Shown in pieces: positions 31,407 through 45,202 of a DNA stretch of 64,000 nucleotides. Every line of letters starts with the position of its first letter. Position 1 is the stretch's first letter. Origin of the DNA: Eledone cirrhosa (lineage: Eukaryota); the NCBI GenBank assembly GCA_964016885.1, contig OZ024749.1:5270001-5334000 (forward strand), read 5' to 3'. Below the pieces are notes generated by a model. It saw nothing but the letters and a program-made list of their open reading frames with translations, was not told the origin of the DNA and ran no database searches. Made by a program: the position numbers and the translations under genes.

Positions 31407-32099
31407 CATTATAATAATTATAATGATAATTTCCATGATTAAATTTTGCAGTAGCATTGTCAATGTTTTTACAGCTGTTTCTTATGTTATATACAACATG
31501 TTGTTTAGTATAGGTTGGGTAGGGTTTGATACGACTGACATGGTTGGCGTAGCACTTCATAACCAAGCAATAACTAGTCATGCATGCAAGGAATCTAATT
31601 AAAATTACATATAATCAGTGTTATATATAATAGAGAATGTTAAGATCAAAACAGGGAAAAATATGTGACTCTAAACACCACCAAGACCCCATCCACAATC
31701 AGAAACGGACCCTATATCTACCACGATCCACCACCTCCATCATTATAACAGCTACTATTTCATTGATGATTCAGCGATAACACACAAACACTTTTCCCTA
31801 TACCCACCATTGTTCCTCTAAATTAAGATTATTCACCATCTCTAGAAAGTGCAGCCAACCGCCTTGCAGCACCAGTAATATGTGTCCCCCCCCCCCCCCC
31901 CTGTGACACCCCCATCAATAATCTTCCAGAATTTCGGATGTTTTTTTTGTTCTTCTTGTTAGAGCTGAACTAACAGTATATGTCCTGTTACATCTATTTC
32001 AGCAGATCACCTTGTCTTCCCTTCCTCTTCGCTCTTGTTTTAAAAGGTATATACATGTGTACATATCTATCTAAATATCATCCCCCTCTCTCTCTCTCT

Positions 32100-32162
<63 letters not shown>

Positions 32163-32165
32163 GAG

Positions 32166-32214
<49 letters not shown>

Positions 32215-32712
32215 TAGATAGATATATATATATAGAGATAGATATATATATATAGAGATAGATAGATATATATATATAGAGATAGATAGATATATATATA
32301 TAGAGATAGATAGATATATATATATAGAGATAGATAGATATATATATATATATAGAGATAGATAGATAGATATATATATATAGAGATAGATAGATAGATA
32401 TATATATATAGAGAGATAGATAGATAGATATATATATAGAGATAGATAAGTTTCTTTTATTTGCCACTAGGGCATCAAAAGTGGGACAAGTACAAAGGGG
32501 GGAGTTTACACAAAAAGGCGTCCTCAATAAGGAGGAGGCAATAACAAAATATAAAAATAAAATAAGATATAACAAAAAATAAAATTTTTAACAAAATCCT
32601 CAATAGAGAGGAGGCGCCTTGGGGGGTCGCACACACCCCCGAAAAAAGTGTGCAACCCTTCTCCTCAGGAGCACAGAGAAGGGGTGCTCCCTTGGTCTTT
32701 CATCTTCCTCAC

Positions 32713-35700
32713 CTATAGTCTGATGTAGAGTGAAGGCCCATTCACACGGGCCATTCTCGCCACTTTCACCCATCTTTCATAGAAACGGCTGGAGTGCAGC
32801 ACCTCTCTCTCCATCCTGATCCTTCTTCCGAAATGATATCGGAAGAAACGGACCAGTTGTTGGCCAGAGAGAAAGGTGTCTGACCTCAGTCCTTTCAGAC
32901 GCGTCCACCATACAACCTCTTTCGCCATGGCTATTACGCACAGAAACACCGCCTCTGCTTCATCTTTGAAGGGGGGAGGCGGCTTGATCATTACAATAGA
33001 CTCGGTGGTCAACTGGATCGGTCCCACCCTTGACAGCAGTTGTTCGACATAGCCCCACAGATCGGCTACGCCCGAGCAGTGTACCAATGCGTGTGCAACG
33101 GTTTCCTCGTCGCACACGCATCTGGGACAGATCTTTTTGGCGGGGTCCCTACCCGGGCGCCCGTGTCTGTAGAGCCTTTCTCGAACGGGTAAAGCCCCTC
33201 GGTAGCACTGCCAGGCCAGGGACTTCTGGAAGTTGTCCATAGGTCCCGGGCTGAATGTCCTACCGAACAGGCTGGCCAGTTCGTCCTCCTCCATGTCTAG
33301 GGCTTCTCCGAGGGCGTCGTCGCACCTGCTGCGTACCAGCCCTCTATAGAATGTTGCGGTGGAGTCTCCACTGATAACCGGATCCGCCTGCCAGAGGGCG
33401 GTGAGCGCCTGGGCACACTCAGTGTGCCAGGCGCCCAGTTTTCTCGGTCTTTGCTTGACCCAGGATTGCAGCTCGGTGAGTGAGACGAGTCTGGGAAAGG
33501 TTCGTCTCACAAACGAGGCCCACACCGGTTGTCCGGTGAGGAATACGTAGAGGTGCCGTAGCCTTAATGCGTGTTTACGCATCATTAGCCACGGCATCCC
33601 CAGCCCTCCTTTCGAAGGGTGTTGACAGCAGATGGATCTCCTCACCATAGGAGCCCGCCTCTTCCAAAGGAATTGGAAGAGCGCGCGCTCCATCTTGGTG
33701 AGGGTTTCCCTTGGGCAGGGCACTACGGTCAGGCGGTAGTAGATGACGGACGCTATGTAGGTGTTCGCCACCTCCGCCCGACCTTTCAGGGATAGTTTGC
33801 AACTGGCCCACTTCTGGGTCAGTGCAAACACCCTGTTCGTAACCTCCGCCCAGTTTTTCTCCACCTGGAGGTCCGGTCCGAACCAGACCCCGAGTAACTT
33901 CACCGGGCCCTCCGTCCAGCGTCCGACGACGCCATCGGAGGGCATCGGTCTGCCCCTCCACGTGCCGAGTTGCAAACCGATCGACTTGTCCCGGTTCAGC
34001 TTAGCCCCTGTGAACTTTTCGTACTCCTCCAGTAAGGTGCCGACCGCCTCGATTTCGGAGGCCGTCGACACCATTACTGTCACGTCATCGGCGTAGGCCG
34101 ACACCGCTTTCCGCAATCCCGGTTCCAAAGGGATGCCCTGCAACAACTCCAACTTCCGCAGTAGTGGCTCGAGAGTCAACACATACAGAAGGGAGGAGAG
34201 AGGGCACCCTTGTCGGATGGACCGCGCGATTTTGAACGGCTCCGAGAGGTAGCCGTTCACCTTGACCCTAGAGCAGATGCGGCTGCTGTGCATAGCAGTG
34301 ATCCAGCCCCTGAAAACGGGTCCGAAGCCTGCCGCCGCTAGCACCGCATCCAGGTAACCATGGTCGACCCTATCGAACGCCTTAGATTGATCCAAGTTGA
34401 TCAGAGCCCCACCAAAGCCGGGTTCGTTCCCAACCCTCTCTATGATGTATCGCATGAGGTGGAGGTTGTCATGGATGGACCTGGACGGGATAGCGCATGT
34501 CTGCGCATCTCCCACCAGGTTGCCCACGACAAGCGCCAACCTCTTTGCTAGCACCTTGGCCAAAATCTGTAACTCTGTATTTAGCAGTGTTATGGGCCTG
34601 AAGTTACTTATTTCGTCCCCCTTGTTCTCGTCCTTCCTCACTAGCGTGACTACGCCCTTGGTCACAGTACAGGGAATTCTCCCGTTCTGTTGCCAGTTGC
34701 AGTAGACCGCCTCGAGGAGATCGGGGAACAAGTCCGGCATAGCTAGATATAATTCGTAAGGAAGACCATCGAGACCCGGGGATTTGCGTTTGCCGCATTG
34801 GCTCAGCACGTCCTCTATCTCAGCGGCCGAAATCGGCTCCTCGCAGGACTTCGCCTCCCTGTCCGAGAGGCGCGGCAGGCCGTCGAGGTATGGACCGAAG
34901 TCCACGTTCCCAACCGGTTCCCCGCCCCTCCCGAACAGTCGGGCAAAGTGCCTTTGAAAGGCCTCACACATCTGCTTAGGCTCAAGAATCGCCCGTCCAT
35001 CCAGGTCTCGCAAAGACCGGATGGTGGATTTAGTTCCACTGTTGGCCTCTGTCACGCGGGCCCAGCTAACAGCTTTGGTCCCCTCGTTCCCTAGAGCACG
35101 TATTTTACTTCGGACAACGCAGCCTTCGTGCTTCGCGTCGAAAAACTGGCTCAAAGCCGTTCTCGACGCTAGCACTCTGGCCACGTCGCCGCTTCTAATT
35201 GCCTCTTCTACTCTATCTATTAGCTCCCTTTCCTTCCTATTCCTATCCGCAGCTAGAACCTTACTAAATTCTATCGAGACTACTCTAATCTCTCTCTTTA
35301 GAGATACCCACCACCTGCTGTTGACGATCGCTCCAGTCAACCGTTCCTTAACTAACGTACTAATCCGATTCCTGTAGGCTCTACTTGCCGGCAAGGACAA
35401 GTTGAGCTTCCAGTAACCGGGGCCCTGTCTATGAGTTCTGTCAAGGTTGACCATGCAGGTCACTAATTTGTGGTCTGAATAGCCAACCATGCGCATTTTT
35501 GGACAACTTAAAAAGTCCTTATCCTTAATTCTAACTAAGAACCTATCTAGGTACGACCTAGATGATCCGCTACGATTTGCCCAAGTCCAGGTTGGCGCAG
35601 TCGGAAAATCTAGTCGATATCTATCGGCCAGGTCAAATCGACCGATTAACCCTTTGAGGCTATTACACCCCTCTCTATCGGGGCAGGCCCCTACGTAGTC

Positions 35701-36150
35701 CCAGCGTGCATCTAGGATACCATTCCAGTCCCCCACTAATAGCAAGGAGCGGGACGTCCCTAGAAAAGTCTCCAGACGATGGAAGAAGTCCGGCCGCATT
35801 GACCCGAAAGGGCCGTAGGCGGCTACCAACCTAAACGCTCCGCCTTTACCACTGCCAAGGTCCAGAACCACTAGTCGACAATCCGGGTCCAAATGTACCA
35901 TCTGTGTTGCGAGACCCAGATGTTTTTGCAGCAGAACGACAACTCCACCCCCACCTCCGGGCTGACAGAGAGATGCGTGCATCTCAAAGTCATCAAAGGT
36001 GGGGGACAGCTGTCGCACGTTGCTGATCCGGGCCTCGCAAATAACCATCACATCTATACGTTGTGACCTGAGGTCATTTAGAAGCATTGCTTGCTTCCAA
36101 GTTGAGCCCAGGCCACGCGCATTTAAACAGCCTACTCTTAGCATAGCCAT
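32713..36150 (-). CDS. Tx1/L1-clade LINE ORF2: APE endonuclease + reverse transcriptase + C-terminal CCHC zinc finger
   Basis: Uninterrupted ORF (track 32713..36174; first ATG at 36150). APE motifs GCLNARGL, VICE, LVGDWN, YLDRF, SDHKLV. RT motifs KSPGLDG, FRPITLLN, LDQSKAFDRVDH, IRQGCPLS, AYADD. C-terminal CPRC-x5-ETVAHALVHC-type finger. Confidence 0.96.
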   Translation of the reverse strand: MAMLRVGCLNARGLGSTWKQAMLLNDLRSQRIDVMVICEARISNVRQLSPTFDDFEMHASLCQPGGGGGVVVLLQKHLGLATQMVHLDPDCRLVVLDLGSGKGGAFRLVAAYGPFGSMRPDFFHRLETFLGTSRSLLLVGDWNGILDARWDYVGACPDREGCNSLKGLIGRFDLADRYRLDFPTAPTWTWANRSGSSRSYLDRFLVRIKDKDFLSCPKMRMVGYSDHKLVTCMVNLDRTHRQGPGYWKLNLSLPASRAYRNRISTLVKERLTGAIVNSRWWVSLKREIRVVSIEFSKVLAADRNRKERELIDRVEEAIRSGDVARVLASRTALSQFFDAKHEGCVVRSKIRALGNEGTKAVSWARVTEANSGTKSTIRSLRDLDGRAILEPKQMCEAFQRHFARLFGRGGEPVGNVDFGPYLDGLPRLSDREAKSCEEPISAAEIEDVLSQCGKRKSPGLDGLPYELYLAMPDLFPDLLEAVYCNWQQNGRIPCTVTKGVVTLVRKDENKGDEISNFRPITLLNTELQILAKVLAKRLALVVGNLVGDAQTCAIPSRSIHDNLHLMRYIIERVGNEPGFGGALINLDQSKAFDRVDHGYLDAVLAAAGFGPVFRGWITAMHSSRICSRVKVNGYLSEPFKIARSIRQGCPLSSLLYVLTLEPLLRKLELLQGIPLEPGLRKAVSAYADDVTVMVSTASEIEAVGTLLEEYEKFTGAKLNRDKSIGLQLGTWRGRPMPSDGVVGRWTEGPVKLLGVWFGPDLQVEKNWAEVTNRVFALTQKWASCKLSLKGRAEVANTYIASVIYYRLTVVPCPRETLTKMERALFQFLWKRRAPMVRRSICCQHPSKGGLGMPWLMMRKHALRLRHLYVFLTGQPVWASFVRRTFPRLVSLTELQSWVKQRPRKLGAWHTECAQALTALWQADPVISGDSTATFYRGLVRSRCDDALGEALDMEEDELASLFGRTFSPGPMDNFQKSLAWQCYRGALPVRERLYRHGRPGRDPAKKICPRCVCDEETVAHALVHCSGVADLWGYVEQLLSRVGPIQLTTESIVMIKPPPPFKDEAEAVFLCVIAMAKEVVWWTRLKGLRSDTFLSGQQLVRFFRYHFGRRIRMEREVLHSSRFYERWVKVARMARVNGPSLYIRL

Positions 36151-36174
36151 GTTGGTGGTGAAGAGAAAAGGCAC

Positions 36175-37375
36175 TTACCTCTCTGCGTCCCGGGTATCGG
36201 GCTGCACAATTTCCATTAGGGTGGGGGATGGGTTGTTGGGTGGGGTGGTGGTTTGTGGAAGTGTGGGGGCATCAGTGTGTTGTGTGGTTGGGGAGCTTGG
36301 AGTTGTGAGGGTGTTTGGGGAGGGGGTGGGATAGTTTTTTAGGAGGACGCGGTTAATGGGCCCGACGCAGGGGGGACCCACGTCCTCTTTAAAATTGTTT
36401 TTTAAAGTTTTATAGGTGTCCTGTGGGGCCTTAATCATTTTGAGGTGGGGGAAATCCCCTGCCTGGGTGAAGTTAGGCCCTTGTGTTTTTATTAGATTGT
36501 TGTTGTACACAATGTTTAACAGTTTTTTGTTTCTTGTATTTATGTATGTGTATGCATGTTTTTGTTTTTGTGTGGTGTTTTTTGTTTGCTGTTGTGAGCT
36601 CTTTTGTGTTGGTGTCAGTGGTATGTTTTGGGGAGGGTTTTTTTTCATTTGTGTGTCTGAGGTGTGTTTTCTTTTTTTTCTTTTGATTGTGTGGAAGTGC
36701 TCCTCCTCGTCTGACGACGAACTAGGGTCATCTTCCGCGTTGGAGGGGAGGGGTATATTTTCGGGTTGTGTTTGCGGTACGGGTGTTTTGGAAATTGTTT
36801 TTGTTTTTTGAGTGGAGGGGATGGGTTGGACATTGTTTTGTTTTGGTTTGAGCTGTGGTGGTTGTTTTTGTAGTGGTAGTTGTGGTGATTGTGTTGGTTG
36901 TGCAGTTGTTGGTGGTGTAGGCAGGATTGGGGTTTTCTTATTAAGTTGGGGACAGACAGCCCTCAGGTGACCTCTGGTTCCGCAGAGGTAACACGAGGGC
37001 CGTCTACCCTCAACGGTAATGTTGATGAAGGTTAGATCATCCAGTATGACGCGTTCAGGGATCTGGGTGATCCTTTCGGGCCTCATTTGAACTACAAGTT
37101 CGAGGCTCGTTCCACTGAACGCGTCACCCGATGCCTTTCCCATGGACACCAGCATGTCATCCTCCAGGTCCAGAAAACCTGTCAAAACCCACCATATGTC
37201 CATAATCGGCAGGATGGTGTGGATTTTTATTTTTTGTGTTCTTCTACCCATGTACGTAGGGTAGAAGGTGTATGCGGTGGATGTGATTGGTTTGATGGAC
37301 AGTTTCACTGCTGTGTCCCTGTCCTTCATGAGAATGGATAGACTCCCGTAGAGTCTATCCTTCTGAATGAAGGTG
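36175..37375 (-). CDS. Tx1/L1-clade ORF1 (gag-like, CCHC knuckle), 5'-truncated
   Basis: Open frame with [14 protein letters not shown] (CX2CX4HX4C) followed by a P/Q/T/K-rich region. Stop at 36175 lies just upstream of ORF2. The N-terminal IY part of the track ORF is microsatellite read-through. Confidence 0.88.
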
Positions 37376-37783
37376 ATATATATATAGAGAGAGATAGATA
37401 GATAGATATATATATATATAGAGATAGATAGATAGATATATATATATAGAGAGATAGATAGATAGATATATATATAGAGAGAGATAGATAGATAGATATA
37501 TATATAGAGAGAGATAGATAGATAGATAGATATATATATAGAGAGAGATAGATATATAGAGAGAGATAGATAGATAGATAGATATATATAGATAGATATA
37601 GAAATAGATATATATAGATAGATATAGAGATAGATAGATATAGAGATAGATATAGAGATAGATATATATAGATATAGATATATATATATATAGATATAGA
37701 TATATATATATATATATAGATATAGAGATAGATATATATAGATATAGATATATATATATATAGATAGATATATATAGATATAG

Positions 37784-37820
<37 letters not shown>

Positions 37821-37871
37821 TAGATATATATAGATATATAGATATATATATATATAGATAGATATATATAG

Positions 37872-37908
<37 letters not shown>

Positions 37909-38187
37909 AATATACATATATATATATATATATATCTATATATATGTATATATGCATGTAAAAGCTAAACAGAAATAACAACACAATCGGTACAATATTT
38001 GTTAGGAACATATTAGGTTAACTCTTGAAATAATGGGAAGTGGGTATTAACGTTTCGGGCGCTAGTCCGTCATCGGAAGAAAGAATGGGAAATTAGAACG
38101 ATTGAAGGGACGGGCGGCCCGGAATCGGAAAAATATGTTTTTAAATGTTTTTAGAGAAAAATCACAAGTCCACTCATGTTGTCATCA

Positions 38188-38237
<50 letters not shown>

Positions 38238-38242
<5 letters not shown>

Positions 38243-39156
38243 AAAAAGGGATGAAATCGAAAATGCAACTGAAGTCTTATTTTTTTTTTTTTTAAATATA
38301 TATATTTATTTGGTTCCTTTACCGGTTTCGCAGTTCTTCTGCTTTTCAAAAGGTGAGTTGAGATGGAGGGTCTGTGGTTTTTCTCACATCTGGTTGGTAT
38401 CTTTAAAGTTACTTGTTTTATATGGAAAAAGTGGCTCGAAAACCAGGTTTTTCGAGAAGTAATTTGATTGGTTTGTCAATAATTATAATAAATTTCGCGC
38501 CAGTTCGCGTTACAATAGTTCTTCAAATAAGAGAGGGGGGGGGGGGTTGTCACAGGTTGTTTTTTCATATATGAGTGTTTGAATTTCTTTTTACTTGAAA
38601 AAATGAGGCTCACGAAGGCTGTTTTTTGGTTGGTTATAAATGAAATTTGGCTGTCACGTGAACAAGTTTCATTACATTTTTGCGCCCTTATTTGGAAAAC
38701 TATTCTGTAGTCTTTATAGTGAATGTTATGACAATGGAGAGATAGTGGTCAAGGGAAAAGGGATTGGGAGAAATGTTCTGGTTCAGTGAATATGGCCAGC
38801 TGTCAGAGTTCAGGTGTCAGAGTTCAGATTTTCTATTGAGACTGAAGATATGTGTTTATTTGTGTGCTTGTGTGTGTGTATATATGTGTGTGTGTGTGTG
38901 TGTATGTGTGTATTGGAGATGATTCTATTAGTAGAGATGGGGGAGGGAGTTGTGTGTGTGTGTATATGGGTGTTATGTGTGTGTGTGCGAGTATGTTAGA
39001 TAGAGAGAATATATATTTTGTGTGTGTATATATATATGTGTGTAGGAAAGTGGTTCTATTAGTAGAAATGGGGAGGGTGTTGTAGGTGTGGGGGTTGTTA
39101 TATGTGTGTATGGGTGTTATGTGTGTGGGAGTATGGTTAGCATGTTAAGATGAAGA

Positions 39157-39191
<35 letters not shown>

Positions 39192-39510
39192 GTGTGTGTG
39201 TATGTGTGTGTGTAGGAAAATGATTCCTTTAGTAGGAATATTTTTGAATGAACATATTTTCCTGACTTTTTCGTGTTTGCTGTTGTATTGCCAGTGCAAA
39301 CGTATTTTTAAGGTTTATTTAGTTCGGGTTTTTATTTTCTAAAGTAGAAGGTGTTATGTGTGTGTGTTATGTCATATTGTGGTGTTGACATAATGTATAT
39401 TAAACCTTGTTTAATGTTGGTCTATATTTTTGAATAAACATATTTTCCTTATTTATTCGCATTTGTTCTGTTGTATTGTTAGCGCAAACGTAAAATGGGA
39501 AGACTTTCGA
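38238..39510 (-). mobile_element. PLE 3' fragment (GIY-YIG C-terminus + 3' region), joined head-to-head to plus-strand HHR module 39510-39925
   Basis: ..EQMRINKENMFIQKYRPTLNKV* ends at 39400. Decayed sense HHR at 38316-38353 (gcag aagaa ctgc GAAA ccgg TA aagg); same tail at ~50120-50255. Confidence 0.65.
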
Positions 39511-39536
39511 ACGTTCAACTATCTGGCAGATGGGTA

Positions 39537-39581
39537 AACGGTGCTGATGATAGCTAACAAGCTTGAAACTAGTACATCGTT
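39537..39581 (+). ncRNA. Type I hammerhead ribozyme; decayed paralog at ~20140-20180
   Basis: aacggtg CTGATGA t agc taacaa gct t GAAA ctag TA catcgtt; 7-bp stem I; ACTAGT palindrome; GUA site. Confidence 0.82.
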
Positions 39582-39756
39582 CCTGTGTCAGTGTTGAACA
39601 AAAAGGTGACGTGGTTGCCTTAACACCGTATGGCATAAATTCAGGCTGTTCTGTTTGTTGACAAACAAACGAACAAAGCTGCGTTATAATAAACGTCGGC
39701 TAAACTGATGCGTGCATATATGTATGTGTACCTGTTTGCATGTACGTATGTATATG

Positions 39757-39812
<56 letters not shown>

Positions 39813-39926
39813 CATGCTACTGTACGTCTGTATACATATATGTATGTACATATACATACATACTTACATTTAAGTAAGTGCCATACTAAGAGTGAGAAAT
39901 GAAATTTCGTTTTCATTTTTTTCAAC

Positions 39927-39975
<49 letters not shown>

Positions 39976-39978
39976 CAC

Positions 39979-40010
<32 letters not shown>

Positions 40011-40102
40011 ATATATACATATATATATATACACATATACATATATATATATACATATATATATATACATATATATATATATACATATACATATATATAT
40101 AC

Positions 40103-40136
<34 letters not shown>

Positions 40137-40299
40137 GTATATGTATATATATGTATATATATATATGTATATATATGTATATTTATATATTTATTAAATA
40201 ACAGATTTAAGTTGAAGCAAAGAATGGCTGCTTTCACCCTTAACGGGATCCTTGTCGAGCCCTCTTTGAATTTTAGTCTTCAAATTTATTATTATTTCT

Positions 40300-40377
<78 letters not shown>

Positions 40378-40659
40378 GTTTCTACTTTTGGCACAAGGCC
40401 AACAATTACCCAGTGCAATGCTGGGTAATTGCTGGCCTTGTGCCAAAAGTAAAAATGAGTGTATATATATATCCCGTGAATATATAACAGGATTTCATTT
40501 CTCCCATCAGACCTCTCCTACCCTTTACATTATGATGTTTAAAACAATGAAACATGAATGTTTACTAGTATTTGAGTATTTGATAACGTTAATATGAAAA
40601 GATATAGTTTCTTTGAATCTACGGAATATTTGTTAATATCGCGTATAATTGTTATATAC

Positions 40660-41720
<1,061 letters not shown>

Positions 41721-42423
41721 TATATGTTTGTGTGTATGTGTGTGTTATTTCCATACGCACATACACATATTTATACAAACATAGGTATATACAATCATAT
41801 ATATCTAGATATAGATATATGCATATATAAAGACACATATGTGTGTGACGAAGGGATAACCGCAGCACTATATTTGATAATGTAATAACAAAAAACATAA
41901 CAGAAACTATTTGCGACATAATGAGATTAATATATTTTATGTGGCTACATTTTTAAAGATATTTCAGGTAAAAATGTTATAGGAATAAGTAAGAAAATGA
42001 AATTATGATAAACGATGGAAAAATAAAATAGGATAAAATATATATATCTATGAATAAAGAAGATAAATATTAATGATGATAATAATATTATTAATATAGT
42101 AATGATAAAAGGAACCATAAGAAATAAGAAATCCAACGGTATTAATCATGTCACATTCTCTCTCACTCTCTCTCTCTTCCTCTTTATCTCTCTCTCTTCC
42201 TCTTTCTCTCTCTCTCTTCCTCTTTCTCTCTCTCTCTCTCTTTATTTCTCTTTCTCTCTCTCTCTCTTTCTTTCTCTGTTCTCTCTCTATCTCGATCACT
42301 CTCTCAGACACAGACACACTCTTATGTTCTCACTCTCACTCTCTCTCAGACACACACACACTGTTTTGCTCTCTCTCTCTCTCCCTATCACACACAGTCT
42401 TATGTTCTCTCTCTTCCTCTCTC

Positions 42424-42455
<32 letters not shown>

Positions 42456-42819
42456 AACACACTCTTACCTTCTCTGTCTCTCCCTCTTTCCTATATATTA
42501 CAATACCTAAACTGTATTGTTTAAAACGATGAAAGTTAGGCCCAATAATAAACCCTCATGGAATGACCAGATGAGGTTTATTTTTTTAACAAATCCCCTG
42601 GAGAGAAACACCGAAGTTAGTTGAAATTGAGGCATGTAAGATTTCACAGCTCTAGCATCAAACTTTCGTAGTCAGCGAACGATGCTTTTAGCCCACCTTC
42701 GTACAGTGCAAAATCCATCGTATGACGAGCAGGGACCGACAGATATTTATTTACACACACTGAAATATACATGCGTATATACGTGTCGTATACATGCGTA
42801 TAGACGTGTCGGTAGGTAC

Positions 42820-43388
42820 ACGTATCCCAGTACAACCTGTATCATGGTCGAGTCGTTGGCGACTAAACTGGCAACCCTACCAAGATTTCTTGGTGAGGAG
42901 GGAGACTTTGGACATCCTGAAGGACTAAAAATAAAACCTGTCAAAGGAGCTCTTAAGAGTCAATGGCCATCCAAAATTACCGGGAGGGATGACCCCTTAG
43001 CCCTTGTCAAGGCAGAATTCTAGGAGAAGGAAAACTCTGATATAACACCTGCAACCCTGGTGGTATCCAATGATGTTGACTTGTCCTTCTTTTTGGTAAA
43101 TATCATCTTGGTTAAGAGAGTGGGACTGGCTTTGTGCAGTGCCTTTGCTCACTATAAAAGCTTCGCGGCACAGGCATTGCTTTATATCTGGAGATGTCTC
43201 TCCACTTGTGGTCACATGGTACCATGGGCCCAGCACTATGTGTCAATAATTGTCACAATTGTATTGATTGTACCACAATTTTCAAGTCGCTGGCTGGACT
43301 AAAAAGTCACACTTGTTCAGCGCATCGGTAGGGGTTCTTCGACATGGATATAAAGTAGTGGCCGTACTCGAAAACAAGTTGACAGCCA

Positions 43389-43391
<3 letters not shown>
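42820..43391 (+). mobile_element. Non-autonomous RTE-like derivative, longer copy; 5' part related to 7230-7620
   Basis: Homology to 7801-8247 and 7231-7350. Confidence 0.65.
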
Positions 43392-43453
<62 letters not shown>

Positions 43454-43456
<3 letters not shown>

Positions 43457-43792
43457 AATTATGGCCGGTTTTGGCCGGTTTGAACACTAAAGTGTTAACC
43501 ATAATATTTGAATATATTCGTCCTGGTTTGCTACCGGTAGATAGTATTAGACATTGGAAAGACAAACGGTGACATTGTTGCCTTGGGCTGATTTGACACG
43601 CCCCCCCCTCCCTACTCGTTAAGTGTATTAGGTCTGAGATATTTTCGTTCGTCTGTTATTTATATGTATGTGTGTGAGTGTGTGTTTATAAATGTCTACT
43701 TCAATAAAAGTAGGGGAGTTTACAGCATCGCTGAAATCACTATGGTGCGCCTTCATGGTACAGCTAATGATCGAAACCACTCTAAAGAGGAT
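43454..43792 (+). repeat. ~340-bp segment, inverted copy at 52208-52552
   Basis: Near-identical reverse complement. Confidence 0.92.
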
Positions 43793-43810
43793 ATATATAT
43801 ATGTATATAA

Positions 43811-43845
<35 letters not shown>

Positions 43846-43872
43846 AATATATTTTTATATATATAAATATAT

Positions 43873-43905
<33 letters not shown>

Positions 43906-44608
43906 AATATATATCTATATATATAAATATATATCTATATATATAAATATATATCTATATATATAAATATATATCTATATATATAAATATATATCTATAT
44001 ATATAAATATATATCTATATATATAAATATATATCTATATATATAAATATATATCTATATATATAAGTATATATCTATATATATAAATATATATCTATAT
44101 ATATAAATATATATCTATATATATAAATATATATCTATATATATATAAATATATATCTATATATATAAATATATATCTATATATATAACTATATATCTAT
44201 ATATATAAATATATATCTATATATATATAAATATATATCTATATATATAAATATATATCTATATATATAAATATATATCTATATATATAAATATATATCT
44301 ATATATATATAAATATATATCTATATATATATAAATATATATCTATATATATCTATATATATAAATATATATCTATATATATAAATATATATCTATATAT
44401 ATAAATATATATCTATATATATATAAATATATATCTTTATATATACATATATATCTATATATATAAATATATATCTATATATATAAATATATATCTATAT
44501 ATATAAATATATATCTATATATATAAATATATATCTATATATATAAATATATATATATTTATAAATATATATATATATATATAAATATATATCTATATAT
44601 ATAAATAT
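43791..44608 (+). repeat. ~20-bp AT minisatellite (ATATATCTATATATATAAAT), resuming at 48809-49315 and 49590-49730
   Basis: Same unit and orientation on both sides of the PLE. Confidence 0.93.
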
Positions 44609-45202
44609 AGCGGCGATGAATTAGTTTTGCGAGGTTTTTTATATGAAATCGTGTGTCGAAACAGATATTGTTATACTTGGGGAGGGTCATATTTGCGTAA
44701 TATTGCCAGAATTAATAACAGAAAACACTCACTCTTTGGTTGGTTTTCGCTTCTCGCTGTCTTTTATATCTGCGATCTAACTTACTCGGTCCTCAATGTT
44801 GCCATTGACTGACCGGCGGTCAAAAATAATAGAGAGACAATATAGACACAAACACATATATATATATATAGTTTACATAATTTACATAAATCTTTCGTTG
44901 CACATCTGCAACTTCGTCAGTGGTGTTATATTCATTGTTCCTCCTGTTGTGTTGTATGTCTACGCCATTTTTTTATTCAGTCTGTCTATATATTTATTTA
45001 TTTATTTGCTTGTTTGTTTATCTTATTTTATTTTGTCTTCTTTGCGCATGCGTTTGCGTGTCTGTATAGTGTTATGTGTGATGTGTGACTAGTGTGTATA
45101 GTGTTGTGTCTGCTGGGTGACTAGTGTGTGTTTATGTGCTTGTTGTTATTGTGCTTGTGTATGTATTTATTTATCTTATTTTATTTAATTTTATTTACTT
45201 AT

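Larger units (their letters stand above)
32448..37375 (-). mobile_element. Tx1-like non-LTR retrotransposon, 5'-truncated, inserted in a (GATA)n/(TA)n compound microsatellite
   Basis: ORF1+ORF2 plus a ~260-bp 3'UTR with AATAAA (32456-32461, minus strand) a few nt before the junction. Similar GATA/TA repeat on both flanks; GC-rich against an AT-rich background. Confidence 0.92.

Noticed and set aside
33030-36811. Plus-strand ORFs within the LINE
   Set aside because: Antisense shadows of the GC-rich ORF2/ORF1 with no motifs.
44640-44675. HHR-like ..GAAAcagatattgTT at the PLE outer end (also at 60185 and 23170)
   Set aside because: No CUGANGA core in any copy, and it is antisense to the element.
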